From: Bacteriovoracaceae bacterium
Lineage (GTDB): Bacteria > Bdellovibrionota > UBA2394
NCBI GenBank assembly: GCA_040381435.1
Contig: JBEIHI010000002.1
Coordinates: 1-35,883 of the forward strand
DNA length: 35,883 nucleotides
Direction of reading: 5' to 3'
In this document: positions 16,224-25,364 of the stretch, piece by piece
How positions within the stretch are numbered: the stretch's first letter is position 1
Layout: every line of letters starts with the position of its first letter
Notes under the pieces: generated by a model
Database searches by the model: none
What the model was told of the DNA's origin: nothing
The model's input: only the letters and a program-made list of their open reading frames with translations
Made by a program: the position numbers and the translations under genes

Positions 16224-16880
16224 ATGGCGAAGCTAAAACTTGGAGAATTGCTTATCGCGGAGGGGAAGATCGATCAGCTTCAGCTTCAAGCCGCGCTCGC
16301 CTTTCAGCGCAAATGGGACAAGCGAATTGGGCAATGTTTCATTCAGCTGGGCTTCATTCAAGAGATTGAGCTATGCCAGGTCCTTGCAAAGGCGCTCCGA
16401 CTGCCCATCATTGATTTATCAAAATTAGATAGCGCGAAAATAACCAAGGATCTTTTGACCCTGGTCAGCCTTGCCACGGCCCGGGCTCAGCGAGTGGTGC
16501 CCATAGGATTGAGAGAGATTCGCGGAAAAGTTCGACTCATTCTAGCAACCCCAGATCCCACGAACTATAAGGTGATCGACGAGATTCAGTTTAAAACAGG
16601 GCATCCCGTTCTTGTTATGATTGCTCCAGACTCAGATGTAGAATGGTACATAAGACGGTATTATCTGGGAGAAACAGACACTTTGTCTCTGAACTATGTC
16701 AGCGGGGTTTCCGCCATGCCTCGGGACACCGAAGACAAACTCGAATTAGACCCCGTTTCGAGCATATTTTCAGATGCGGAATTCACCGGATTCACCAATA
16801 TCGGCGGCACAAATACCAAATCAGTGGGCGAACCCAAGCTTTCGAAATTGCCTAAAAGAGATCCTAGTAATAAAGATTAA
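16224..16880 (+). CDS. Stand-alone MshEN (T2SS/T4P GspE N-terminal) domain protein, predicted c-di-GMP receptor
   Basis: Starting at ATG 16224 (MAKLKLGELL...), the protein has tandem 24-residue motifs KLGELLIAEGKIDQLQLQAALAFQ and RIGQCFIQLGFIQEIELCQVLAKA separated by a 5-residue spacer (RKWDK). No ATPase domain follows. The track start 16098 overlaps the upstream gene and was rejected. Confidence 0.8.
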   Translation: MAKLKLGELLIAEGKIDQLQLQAALAFQRKWDKRIGQCFIQLGFIQEIELCQVLAKALRLPIIDLSKLDSAKITKDLLTLVSLATARAQRVVPIGLREIRGKVRLILATPDPTNYKVIDEIQFKTGHPVLVMIAPDSDVEWYIRRYYLGETDTLSLNYVSGVSAMPRDTEDKLELDPVSSIFSDAEFTGFTNIGGTNTKSVGEPKLSKLPKRDPSNKD

Positions 16881-16892
16881 CGTCTAGGAACG

Positions 16893-17867
16893 ATGCTCTT
16901 AAAAGTCGAAAATCTAGTGACCAGCTTCCAGACTCGCTCGGGCAGGGTGAAGGCTGTTGATAACGTTTCATTTGAACTTGAAGCGGGCAAGACTCTTGGA
17001 ATTGTGGGTGAGAGCGGTTGCGGCAAAACAGTTACAGCACTGTCAATCATGCGGCTCATTCAGGAACCCCCTGGCCGGATTGAGAGTGGTCGTATCATTT
17101 TAGACGGCGTTGATATCTTATCTCTGGATAAACGAGAGATGCAGAAAGTGCGTGGCCGCTCTGTCTCGATGATTTTTCAAGAGCCCATGACTTCGCTTAA
17201 CCCAGTATTCACGGTGGGCGATCAGATTCAGGAGGCCATCTTACTTCATCAGTCAGTTTCAAAACGAGAAGCGCGAAAGCGATGCTTGGAAATGATGGAG
17301 ATGGTGGGAATTCCAGATGTTGAGCAACGTATTGATTATTATCCTCATCAAATGTCTGGGGGCCTGCGCCAGCGAGTCATGATCGCTATGGCTCTATCGT
17401 GCCGCCCCAAGCTTCTGATTGCTGATGAACCCACGACTGCCCTCGATGTCACTATTCAGGCGCAGATTTTAGAGCTGATTAAGAAACTCCAAAAGCAGCT
17501 TCAAATGTCGATGATTATCATCACTCATGATTTTGGTGTGATTGCAGAAGTTGCGGACGAGGTGGCCGTGATGTACGCGGGAAGAATTGTTGAAAGATCC
17601 CCCGTAGCAGACATCTTTGATCATCCGCAGCACCCCTACACTGTTGCACTTCAGCAATCGATCCCCACGTTTGTGAAATCAGGAACTCCGCTTTATACGA
17701 TCCCAGGAATTGTCCCCGATCTCACGAAACTTGCTGAGGGATGTCGATTTTCTGAACGATGTGAACACCGTCAGCCTTCATGCTCAAAGACTGAGCCTTT
17801 ACTTGAAACGAAGGGCTCTCTCGCTCTTCATCAAAGCGCCTGTTTTCACCCGAGGAATGTGGCATGA
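16893..17867 (+). CDS. oppD: Oligopeptide/dipeptide ABC transporter ATP-binding protein (OppD/DppD type)
   Basis: Walker A is GESGCGKT, the signature is MSGGLRQR and Walker B is [12 protein letters not shown]. The C-terminal oligopeptide-type extension carries [14 protein letters not shown]. Confidence 0.9.
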   Translation: MLLKVENLVTSFQTRSGRVKAVDNVSFELEAGKTLGIVGESGCGKTVTALSIMRLIQEPPGRIESGRIILDGVDILSLDKREMQKVRGRSVSMIFQEPMTSLNPVFTVGDQIQEAILLHQSVSKREARKRCLEMMEMVGIPDVEQRIDYYPHQMSGGLRQRVMIAMALSCRPKLLIADEPTTALDVTIQAQILELIKKLQKQLQMSMIIITHDFGVIAEVADEVAVMYAGRIVERSPVADIFDHPQHPYTVALQQSIPTFVKSGTPLYTIPGIVPDLTKLAEGCRFSERCEHRQPSCSKTEPLLETKGSLALHQSACFHPRNVA

Positions 17868-18850
17868 GCAGCTTGATTCGTCTCAATGAGGTCTCGGTTC
17901 ACTACCCCATTCGTGGCGGCTTATGGGGAAAGACCGTTGGGCACTTTCAGGCTGTCAACAAGGTCAGTTTGGAAGTTCGACCGGGAGAGATCTTGGGCCT
18001 TGTGGGAGAAAGTGGCTGCGGAAAATCAACACTCGGCAAAGCCCTTCTTAGACTTGTTCCCGTCACAAACGGTCAGATTTTCTATAAGGATCAAGAGATT
18101 TCGAAGTACAACAACCGAGATTTTAGAAAATTTAGAAAGAACATTCAGATGATCTTTCAAGATCCTTTCTCATCTCTCAACCCGAGGATGCGAATTGGTC
18201 AGATTCTTTCGGAGCCTTTTGTCATTCACAAGATTTGCCCACCGAATGAGATCCGCCAGAATGTGATGGAGTTATTGAAAATCGTAGGGCTAAGACCTGA
18301 ATCCTACGACAAGTTTCCTCATGAGTTCTCAGGCGGTCAACGCCAGCGAATTGGCATTGCTCGAGCCTTGGCGGTAAAGCCTGATTTTATTGTGGCGGAC
18401 GAACCCGTATCAGCTCTCGATGTATCAATTCAATCGCAGATCCTTAATCTCCTCCAAGACCTCCGCAAGAGATTCAATCTAACGCTCTTGTTTGTTTCTC
18501 ACGATCTCAATGTGATTCGCTACCTCTGCGATCGCGTCGTCGTGATGTATCTGGGTCGAGTCATGGAAGTTTTGGATCGAGATCAATTGACGAACTCGAA
18601 AGTAAAGCTCCACCCTTACACACAGGCCCTCCTCTCTGCAGCTCCCAAGAAGCACCCATCGGAGCGACGGGAAATCCACCCCATCACTGGGGACATCCCC
18701 TCGCCAGCCAATCCCCCCACGGGGTGCGTCTTTAACACTCGATGCCCCGAAGCGACCGATCGCTGCAAAGTTCATGAGCCTGTCTTAATGTCTGATCAGG
18801 TTTTTCAGCATCAAGTGGCCTGTCACGAAAGACAGCCTTCTAAATCCTAA
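17864..18850 (+). CDS. oppF: Oligopeptide/dipeptide ABC transporter ATP-binding protein (OppF/DppF type)
   Basis: Walker A is GESGCGKST, the signature is FSGGQRQR and Walker B is [12 protein letters not shown]. The C-terminal extension carries [14 protein letters not shown]. It overlaps oppD as ATGA. Confidence 0.9.
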   Translation: MSSLIRLNEVSVHYPIRGGLWGKTVGHFQAVNKVSLEVRPGEILGLVGESGCGKSTLGKALLRLVPVTNGQIFYKDQEISKYNNRDFRKFRKNIQMIFQDPFSSLNPRMRIGQILSEPFVIHKICPPNEIRQNVMELLKIVGLRPESYDKFPHEFSGGQRQRIGIARALAVKPDFIVADEPVSALDVSIQSQILNLLQDLRKRFNLTLLFVSHDLNVIRYLCDRVVVMYLGRVMEVLDRDQLTNSKVKLHPYTQALLSAAPKKHPSERREIHPITGDIPSPANPPTGCVFNTRCPEATDRCKVHEPVLMSDQVFQHQVACHERQPSKS

Positions 18851-18873
18851 GCGTCCGTTGTAGGCTAGCCTCG

Positions 18874-19848
18874 ATGGGAACTCACTCAAAGGTTTTGCTC
18901 ACGGGAATCCGTGCTTCATCAGAGATTCATTTGGGAAACTATCTTGGAGCTATGAAGCCGGCGCTTCAACGACAGTCGGACTTTGCATCCTACCTCTTCA
19001 TTGCCGACTACCATGGACTGACCACACACCCCAAGGCTGCGGAGCTGAAGGGCAACGTTCATGCCATTGCTTCTGCATGGATCGCAGCCGGACTGGACAC
19101 TTCGAAGACGGTGTTGTGGAGACAATCGGATATTCCAGAAGTGCTAGAGCTCGCCTACATTCTGGGATGTGTCACATCGATGGGACTACTCGAGAGAGCT
19201 CACAGCTATAAGGATGCATTAGCAAAATCCAAAAATATCAAACTTGGGCTTTTCTATTATCCCGTTCTAATGGCAGCCGATATTTTGCTGTTCAATGCGG
19301 ATCTTGTACCCGTGGGTAAAGATCAACTTCAGCATCTTGAGATGACTCGAGATATGGCTACATTTTTTAACGAAACATACGGACCTCTATTCAAGTTGCC
19401 GGAGGCGTTCTCGCAAGAAAGCGTTGGCCTTGTACCGGGAGTTGACGGCCGAAAAATGTCCAAATCCTATGGAAACGGGATTGATATCTTTGCGGATGAG
19501 AAGGTTTTGAAAAAGCAAATCATGTCGATTCAGACCGATTCAAAATCTCTTGAGGAACCCAAAGATCCTGAGTCCTGCATCGTGTTTCAGATCTTTCGAC
19601 TCATCGCGTCAACCGATCGCATTAAGTCCATGCAAGATAAACTGAGTGCTGGGGGCTATGGTTACGGTGACGCAAAAAAAGAACTCTTGTCTGTCGTTCT
19701 CGAAGACTATGCCGCAATGCGCAGAACCTACCAGGAGTGCATGAAATCTCCGGGTGATGTCGAAGCTGAGTTACGTCGCGGAGCCGAGAAAGCGCGATCA
19801 ACTGCGAACAAAATGATAGAGCGAGTCAGAGAATCAGTCGGCATATAA
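18874..19848 (+). CDS. trpS: Tryptophan--tRNA ligase
   Basis: The product is 324 aa. The class I HIGH-type motif is IHLGNYLG, and KMSKS is present (GRKMSKSYGN). VPVGKDQLQHLE is typical of TrpRS. Confidence 0.95.
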   Translation: MGTHSKVLLTGIRASSEIHLGNYLGAMKPALQRQSDFASYLFIADYHGLTTHPKAAELKGNVHAIASAWIAAGLDTSKTVLWRQSDIPEVLELAYILGCVTSMGLLERAHSYKDALAKSKNIKLGLFYYPVLMAADILLFNADLVPVGKDQLQHLEMTRDMATFFNETYGPLFKLPEAFSQESVGLVPGVDGRKMSKSYGNGIDIFADEKVLKKQIMSIQTDSKSLEEPKDPESCIVFQIFRLIASTDRIKSMQDKLSAGGYGYGDAKKELLSVVLEDYAAMRRTYQECMKSPGDVEAELRRGAEKARSTANKMIERVRESVGI

Positions 19849-19855
19849 TAAAGGC

Positions 19856-21286
19856 ATGAAAGCCTTTGATTTTTTGATTGGTTTAGCGATCGTAGCAATC
19901 GTTTTGACAGCCTGTGGAAAACAGGCGGAGATTAAACAGGAAAGCCCACGATCTTCGAACCGAATCATGGGAGTCTATGTCGGAGCTGATGAAACTTTAA
20001 AACCTCAATTGAGCTCATACTTCACGCTGTTTCAAAAGGCTCTTCAAGATGCCTATTTCCCCCAACTCAAAAAACTCAACTTTCCTGGCGGTCCTTACCC
20101 AGATGAAGCAACGAATATGTATGAGATCGCTAAAAACCAGATCGACGATCTTTTTGTTTTTAACATCTCTCAACAAAATCAGGTCATCCGAGTTACCGGA
20201 AGCATCATGAGTGGCGGGAGCAATCTCCGAGTCATTAATCGTGTTAATCTCGAGCTTACACAAGAATCCTCACCCGATCGGCCAAGTGACAAAAACTTGA
20301 GCTTTCAAGAACGATTCGTTCAGCAAATCCGACAATCAATCTTGGCCGCCTACCCCAATCCAAACGTCTACCCAGCTTTTAACGCCTTTCAGTTTGCCAA
20401 CGCGCTCTATGCAAAAGCCCAATCCGACGAGGCTTCAGCTGGCGGAAGTATAACCTGCGAAAACGCACCTCAAACCCTGAGCCTCTACGCAAAGGCGAAA
20501 GAAATCTATGAACTCGGCCAGAAGCGATCCCTCGTTAGAGCCTATGGAAGTCAGAGTGAACAGCATGAAATCAATAGTCGACTCCAAGACGCTGAGGACA
20601 AAACTCGAGTGGCGAATTTGTGCGCGATCGACTCTCAAAAATCTTTTGGCCTCAACTGGAAGTTTCAATCCATTGATGAAAGCAATCGCCCCTCAATTAT
20701 GAAAGCAGCTCAAACTGCAGGCCTCGAAGAGATTCTAAAAAAATATACGGATAAACCCGTCGAGATTCAGCTTAGTGGAGATCCCTCCGGAGAGATTAAC
20801 CTAAACCTTGTCCTGAGATTTGATTCGAAGAGATATCTGCAGTGGATCAGTAATCGAGTCCCCGATCGATATCGAAACTTTGGCGTACTATCACTGGATC
20901 CCTACTACGCACTCATGCAGAAACTAGTCCACTTCAAGAACTCTCTTCCGACCGACTCATCACCCGCCTTAAAGCAGGGCTTCAGTCTGATGAAAATGAA
21001 TATTGTTTTGAACACGATTCTCAATGGTGAAGTCATGTTCGGAGTTGGTGGCACCTACAACGCCCAGGAGGGAAAAATAAGCTTGGCCTATCCCGCCTCG
21101 CTCTATGTTCAAGCCCCCGGATACGAGAAGAAGCTCGTTGGCAACAAAGACCAAGAGCTGTTCCAGGAGAAAACCTGGCTTGCGTTGGGTTCATGTAAGT
21201 CTCTCGATGGAACGATTACCGAGGATGGACTGGTCTACAAGTTCTTCGGAATCAAATGCCCTGGAGATCGGGCAACCAATGAGTGA
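19856..21286 (+). CDS. Hypothetical lipoprotein
   Basis: The product is 476 aa. The signal peptide has the lipobox IVLTAC. I recognise no domain. It lies 7 nt after trpS, and its stop overlaps the next start (ATGAGTGA). Confidence 0.7.
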   Translation: MKAFDFLIGLAIVAIVLTACGKQAEIKQESPRSSNRIMGVYVGADETLKPQLSSYFTLFQKALQDAYFPQLKKLNFPGGPYPDEATNMYEIAKNQIDDLFVFNISQQNQVIRVTGSIMSGGSNLRVINRVNLELTQESSPDRPSDKNLSFQERFVQQIRQSILAAYPNPNVYPAFNAFQFANALYAKAQSDEASAGGSITCENAPQTLSLYAKAKEIYELGQKRSLVRAYGSQSEQHEINSRLQDAEDKTRVANLCAIDSQKSFGLNWKFQSIDESNRPSIMKAAQTAGLEEILKKYTDKPVEIQLSGDPSGEINLNLVLRFDSKRYLQWISNRVPDRYRNFGVLSLDPYYALMQKLVHFKNSLPTDSSPALKQGFSLMKMNIVLNTILNGEVMFGVGGTYNAQEGKISLAYPASLYVQAPGYEKKLVGNKDQELFQEKTWLALGSCKSLDGTITEDGLVYKFFGIKCPGDRATNE

Positions 21287-22547
21287 TGCCCGCTACAGAT
21301 TGGTCATTCACTCCTATCCAGCTGAGGACATCATCCCTCGAGTTTGCAAACTGCTCTATGGATCGACGGACAAGAACCTGCTCGCATCGCTTTCGAGCCT
21401 GCCCTACATCGTTGGACGAAGCTTTTCACTTCGAGAAGTCGACGATCTTGAGGATTTGCTGAAGCAATGCGAAGTTGGATTTACCTTTAAATCAAGTACT
21501 GATGGATTTCCCGATCGAAGCTTCGATCCCAAACGACCCCATGCAAGCGCATCTCAAACTACAGAGATCGAGCTTCCCAGTATACGGAGCATTCCAAAAC
21601 GATTTGTGGCGAGTGCTCTAATCTTAGGAGTTTTGACCGCCGCCCTTCTCCTGGTTCGGTGGGATTTTCATTCCATTCAGGAATTCGATCATGCGCAGCA
21701 ACAAGCACCAGCTCCAGAAACCTACTATGCTCGTATTGCTGAACTGAACAACTCTGTGGATGTCAAAGCCAAGACGGGTGTTGTCTGGGAAAAGGCCAAA
21801 CTCGAAATGAAGCTGGAGCAAGAGGATTCAGTGAGGACCTATGATCGTTCGACGGCAAAAGTTGACTATGCGAATGGATCCTCGATAGCCATCAAACCCA
21901 ATACACTGATTGTCATCGGTCGAACCAATCATCAGCTTGATAAGCGAATCGATCTCGAAGATGGCTCTATTCAAACCCGTTTGATGGGCAGCGCCACTCC
22001 CTACAAGATGACCATTCATACCAAAGCAGGTGTCATCGAGATCAAGGCCCCCGATAAGCCAAATCAAGAAAGTCGATTAGAAACAAAGATAGAGGGAAAG
22101 GAACTCAAAGTTCGAGTTTCTGAAGGCACTGCCACTCTGCTACCAAGCAATCCCAAAATGAAGCCGATTCAAATCCATCAACAGCAGGTCATCGCGGCCT
22201 CGCCTGAAAAACCGACAAAACCTCTTATCGCTGCAACCGTAGCAAAGCCGCGCCCGCTTGAGCTCATGAGCCCCCAGAAGGATGCTCGGGTCCGCGTGAA
22301 TCCTCAGGACGCTCAACCCATTGCCTTTGAATGCCAGAATCTAGGATCCGATGTTTACTACATTTGGGAAATGGCAAGCGACGAGAGCATGCAAAATATT
22401 TTGCTCAAGCAAACGACGCAAGAGCCACAATTAAAGGTCAACTATCTAGACTTAGGCACCGTCTACTGGAGAGTTGTCGCTGAAAGCTACGACGCACATT
22501 TTATCAGCCAGCCGAGAAGACTCTATGTGGAAAAACAGCACGATTAG
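21279..22547 (+). CDS. Single-pass membrane protein with periplasmic FecR-like domain
   Basis: ATG 21279 (MSDARYRLV...) was chosen over the track start 21105, which lies inside the upstream gene. The layout is a cytoplasmic ~100 aa region, then a TM segment (FVASALILGVLTAALLLV), then the FecR-like segment DSVRTYDRSTAKVDYANGSSIAIKPNTLIVIGR. Confidence 0.55.
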   Translation: MSDARYRLVIHSYPAEDIIPRVCKLLYGSTDKNLLASLSSLPYIVGRSFSLREVDDLEDLLKQCEVGFTFKSSTDGFPDRSFDPKRPHASASQTTEIELPSIRSIPKRFVASALILGVLTAALLLVRWDFHSIQEFDHAQQQAPAPETYYARIAELNNSVDVKAKTGVVWEKAKLEMKLEQEDSVRTYDRSTAKVDYANGSSIAIKPNTLIVIGRTNHQLDKRIDLEDGSIQTRLMGSATPYKMTIHTKAGVIEIKAPDKPNQESRLETKIEGKELKVRVSEGTATLLPSNPKMKPIQIHQQQVIAASPEKPTKPLIAATVAKPRPLELMSPQKDARVRVNPQDAQPIAFECQNLGSDVYYIWEMASDESMQNILLKQTTQEPQLKVNYLDLGTVYWRVVAESYDAHFISQPRRLYVEKQHD

Positions 22548-23958
22548 ATTTTTCATGGGCTTCACTGCCCTTCTGCTACTGCAAGGAGCGCTTTTGCTGT
22601 CTTTCTTTGCTCATAGTACGTGGAAGGATTCCGAAAATGCTATTTATGAAACACTTCTTCGCAAGTCTCAACTAACGGCAGCCTTAACTGCACAGGATTT
22701 GTTGCTCGGGGAAACACCCGATGTTTCAGCGAACAAAAGAAAAGCCTTTTTGTTCTCACCATCTGAGGGCGCTCTGGGAGTCAATCATATGTCGATTGAT
22801 CCCGGAACTGCTCAGGAGATTTTTGAAGGCTCTGCTCAGGAGTCTCTCGTGACTAAGTGCTTAGCAACCGATGGCAGAGAGCTTTACTGCGGATTTGCTC
22901 CTATTGAAAAATCCAGATTCTATGCGGTTGAAGCCCTCCCCCGGTCTTCCCGTATCAACATCTTGATCGCTCAAATGAAGAAGCTCATTCCTTCGTTCCT
23001 AGGCCTTCTCCTTCTTGCTGGATTGGCCGCTTGGGCTGTGACCTACTATCTTTTGGCTCCTCTTCGATCGATTACTCTTGCTACGAAGGCTCTCATGAAG
23101 GGGCAAGCAGATCTAAGAACTCTCCCCTATGGCCGCTCCGATGAAATCGGACAGCTTGCTCAGTCGTTTCGAGAAATGGTGATTGAGCTTCAAGCGCGCG
23201 AAAAGAACCTGACGAAGGCTGGCCTCAAACTGGCTCATCAAGCTCGACTGGCCTCCATCGGACAAATGGGAGCGAGTATCGCTCATGAAGTCAAAAATCC
23301 TCTCACCTCGATGATGGGATATGCCAAATACCTTTTGAACAAGACATCAGACCCTGAGCTCAAGGAGGCGGCCGCAGTCATTCAGCGCGAGTCCGAAAGA
23401 TGCGGGCAGATCCTGACACAAATGCTTCGATTTTCACGCAATGATGCCAACGAATTCAAACTCTTTTCTGTAAAAGAAGTTGTGGAATCCAGCAAGCTTC
23501 TCACTGCCGCTGAGCTTAAAAATTACCGAATGATTTTGAGCGTTGAGTACATTCATGAGCCGATCGGTCTTGGCAATCCACTCCAGATTCAACAGGTGAT
23601 TCTGAATCTCATCGTCAACGCGATTCAGGCCTGCTCTCCACTATTGGCCAAAAAACCTGAAGCTTCTCAACTCAAAATGACGATCTCAGAAGAAGCAGGA
23701 CGTATCCGAATCAAACTTGAGGATTTCGGACCTGGTATGAATAACGAAGTGCAAATGAGGCTCTTCGAACCATTTTTCACTACAAAGGAGCGAGGCTCAG
23801 GAACCGGACTCGGACTGTCTGTTGCACTCGAGATACTTCACTCTCATGGTGGTGATTTACAATTTGAGAGCAAAGAAGGACGAGGAAGTGTCTTCTGGAT
23901 TGATCTACCTACGAGCTCTGATGCGAGCCAAGCAACGACAGGAAGGAAACAGTCATGA
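22525..23958 (+). CDS. Sensor histidine kinase (2 TM, periplasmic loop, HAMP, HisKA, HATPase_c)
   Basis: ATG 22525 (MWKNSTIRFFMGF...) is the preferred start. The HAMP region reads APLRSITLATKAL...IGQLAQSFREM. The H-box is ASIAHEVKNPLTSM, the N-box is LNLIVNAIQA and the G-box is GTGLGLSV. Confidence 0.85.
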   Translation: MWKNSTIRFFMGFTALLLLQGALLLSFFAHSTWKDSENAIYETLLRKSQLTAALTAQDLLLGETPDVSANKRKAFLFSPSEGALGVNHMSIDPGTAQEIFEGSAQESLVTKCLATDGRELYCGFAPIEKSRFYAVEALPRSSRINILIAQMKKLIPSFLGLLLLAGLAAWAVTYYLLAPLRSITLATKALMKGQADLRTLPYGRSDEIGQLAQSFREMVIELQAREKNLTKAGLKLAHQARLASIGQMGASIAHEVKNPLTSMMGYAKYLLNKTSDPELKEAAAVIQRESERCGQILTQMLRFSRNDANEFKLFSVKEVVESSKLLTAAELKNYRMILSVEYIHEPIGLGNPLQIQQVILNLIVNAIQACSPLLAKKPEASQLKMTISEEAGRIRIKLEDFGPGMNNEVQMRLFEPFFTTKERGSGTGLGLSVALEILHSHGGDLQFESKEGRGSVFWIDLPTSSDASQATTGRKQS

Positions 23959-25364
23959 AAGTCCTCGTCATCGATGATGAAGTCTCTCTTCTTAAACTTC
24001 TTCAACTCTCGCTAAAATCGGATTTCGATTTAAGTGTAGCTGAAACCGGACGCGCAGGAATAGAGCTCTTCAGCCAAGATACTTTTGATTGCGTTGTCTG
24101 CGACGTTGGCCTTCCGGATCAAAATGGAATCGAAGTCCTGAAGCAGATTCGCAATCGCAGTTCAGAGCTTCCTATCATCATGATCACCGCCCATGGAACG
24201 ATCTCCTCCGCCCTCTCTGCAATGAAGGCAGGAGCTTACGACTACATTCAAAAGCCATTTGAACCAGAGGAACTCAAGATAGTGATCGAAAGAGCCATTC
24301 ATGAGAGGAATCTTTCATCGAATCTGGCCAGGCTTCAGCGTGAGGTTTCTGCAAAGTATGACTTTTCTAAAATCATTGGACAGTCGCAGCCCATGCGCAA
24401 TCTCTTTGACCGAATCAGAAAAGCCGCCGACACAAAAAGCACCATTTTGATTTTGGGGGAAAGCGGGACCGGTAAGGAACTCATCGCTAAGTCGATTCAT
24501 TTCAACAGTTCAAGAAGCAAAACGCCCTTCATTGTCATCGACTGCTCTGCCATCCCGCATAATCTGCTCGAAAGCGAGCTCTTTGGACACGCTCGAGGAG
24601 CTTTTACCGGTGCCGATCGCGCAAAGAAGGGGCTTTTCGAGGAGGCTCACTTCGGAACGGTGTTTCTCGATGAAGTAGGTGAGCTGCCTCTCGACTTACA
24701 AGCAAAGCTTTTAAGGGTCTTACAAGAGTCAACCATTCGGAGAGTGGGCGAAAATCAATCCATCGAAGTTGATATTCGAGTGATTGCTGCCACTAATAGA
24801 AATCTTGAGGACGAAGTGAAAGCGGGTCGATTCCGTCAGGATCTCTTCTATCGACTCAATGTGATTCCCATTTCAGCACCTCCTCTCAGAGAGCGTCGAG
24901 ATGACATCCCCCTTCTTGCCAATCACTTTCTCAAAAAGTTTTCAAAAGACTACAGTCGACAGGTACAACGCATCTCACCCTCGGTTCTTGCACGATTCCA
25001 GTCCTTTGAATGGCCCGGAAACGTTCGACAACTTGAAAATCTTATTGAGCAGATGGTGGTCATGAGCAGCTCCGAAACGTTGGAATCCCAGGACCTTCCT
25101 CCTCCGCTTTCAGAGGGAGTTCCTTCTGAACCCGCAGTCATTCCCCAGAGCCTTTGGGATCTAAAAAGTGCTATTCAAAAGATTACTCACTATACAGAAG
25201 AGTGCCTCATCAAGAAGGCGCTTCAACATACGGGGTACAACAAGACGAAGGCGGCCGAACTGCTCGGGATCAGCCGACGGGCACTCATCTATAAGGCGCA
25301 AGAATACCGAATTGAAAAAATCACCCCACAAGAGCTAGAAGGAAATGAAGATGATCCTTCTTAA
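23955..25364 (+). CDS. NtrC-family sigma54-dependent response regulator (REC, AAA+, Fis-type HTH)
   Basis: The REC domain has the phospho-acceptor context VVCDVGLPD. Walker A is GESGTGKE. The sigma54-contact loop is GAFTGA and ESELFGH is present. The C-terminal HTH reads NKTKAAELLGISRRALIYK. It overlaps the kinase gene as ATGA. Confidence 0.92.
   Translation: MKVLVIDDEVSLLKLLQLSLKSDFDLSVAETGRAGIELFSQDTFDCVVCDVGLPDQNGIEVLKQIRNRSSELPIIMITAHGTISSALSAMKAGAYDYIQKPFEPEELKIVIERAIHERNLSSNLARLQREVSAKYDFSKIIGQSQPMRNLFDRIRKAADTKSTILILGESGTGKELIAKSIHFNSSRSKTPFIVIDCSAIPHNLLESELFGHARGAFTGADRAKKGLFEEAHFGTVFLDEVGELPLDLQAKLLRVLQESTIRRVGENQSIEVDIRVIAATNRNLEDEVKAGRFRQDLFYRLNVIPISAPPLRERRDDIPLLANHFLKKFSKDYSRQVQRISPSVLARFQSFEWPGNVRQLENLIEQMVVMSSSETLESQDLPPPLSEGVPSEPAVIPQSLWDLKSAIQKITHYTEECLIKKALQHTGYNKTKAAELLGISRRALIYKAQEYRIEKITPQELEGNEDDPS

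Noticed and set aside
21105-21278. Long upstream extensions of track ORFs: 21105 for the FecR-like gene, 16098 for the MshEN gene, 22474 for the kinase and 10927-11301.
   Set aside because: The extensions lie wholly inside the preceding genes in another frame and translate to low-complexity sequence. Internal ATGs at 21279, 16224 and 22525 give sensible N-termini and short coupling overlaps.
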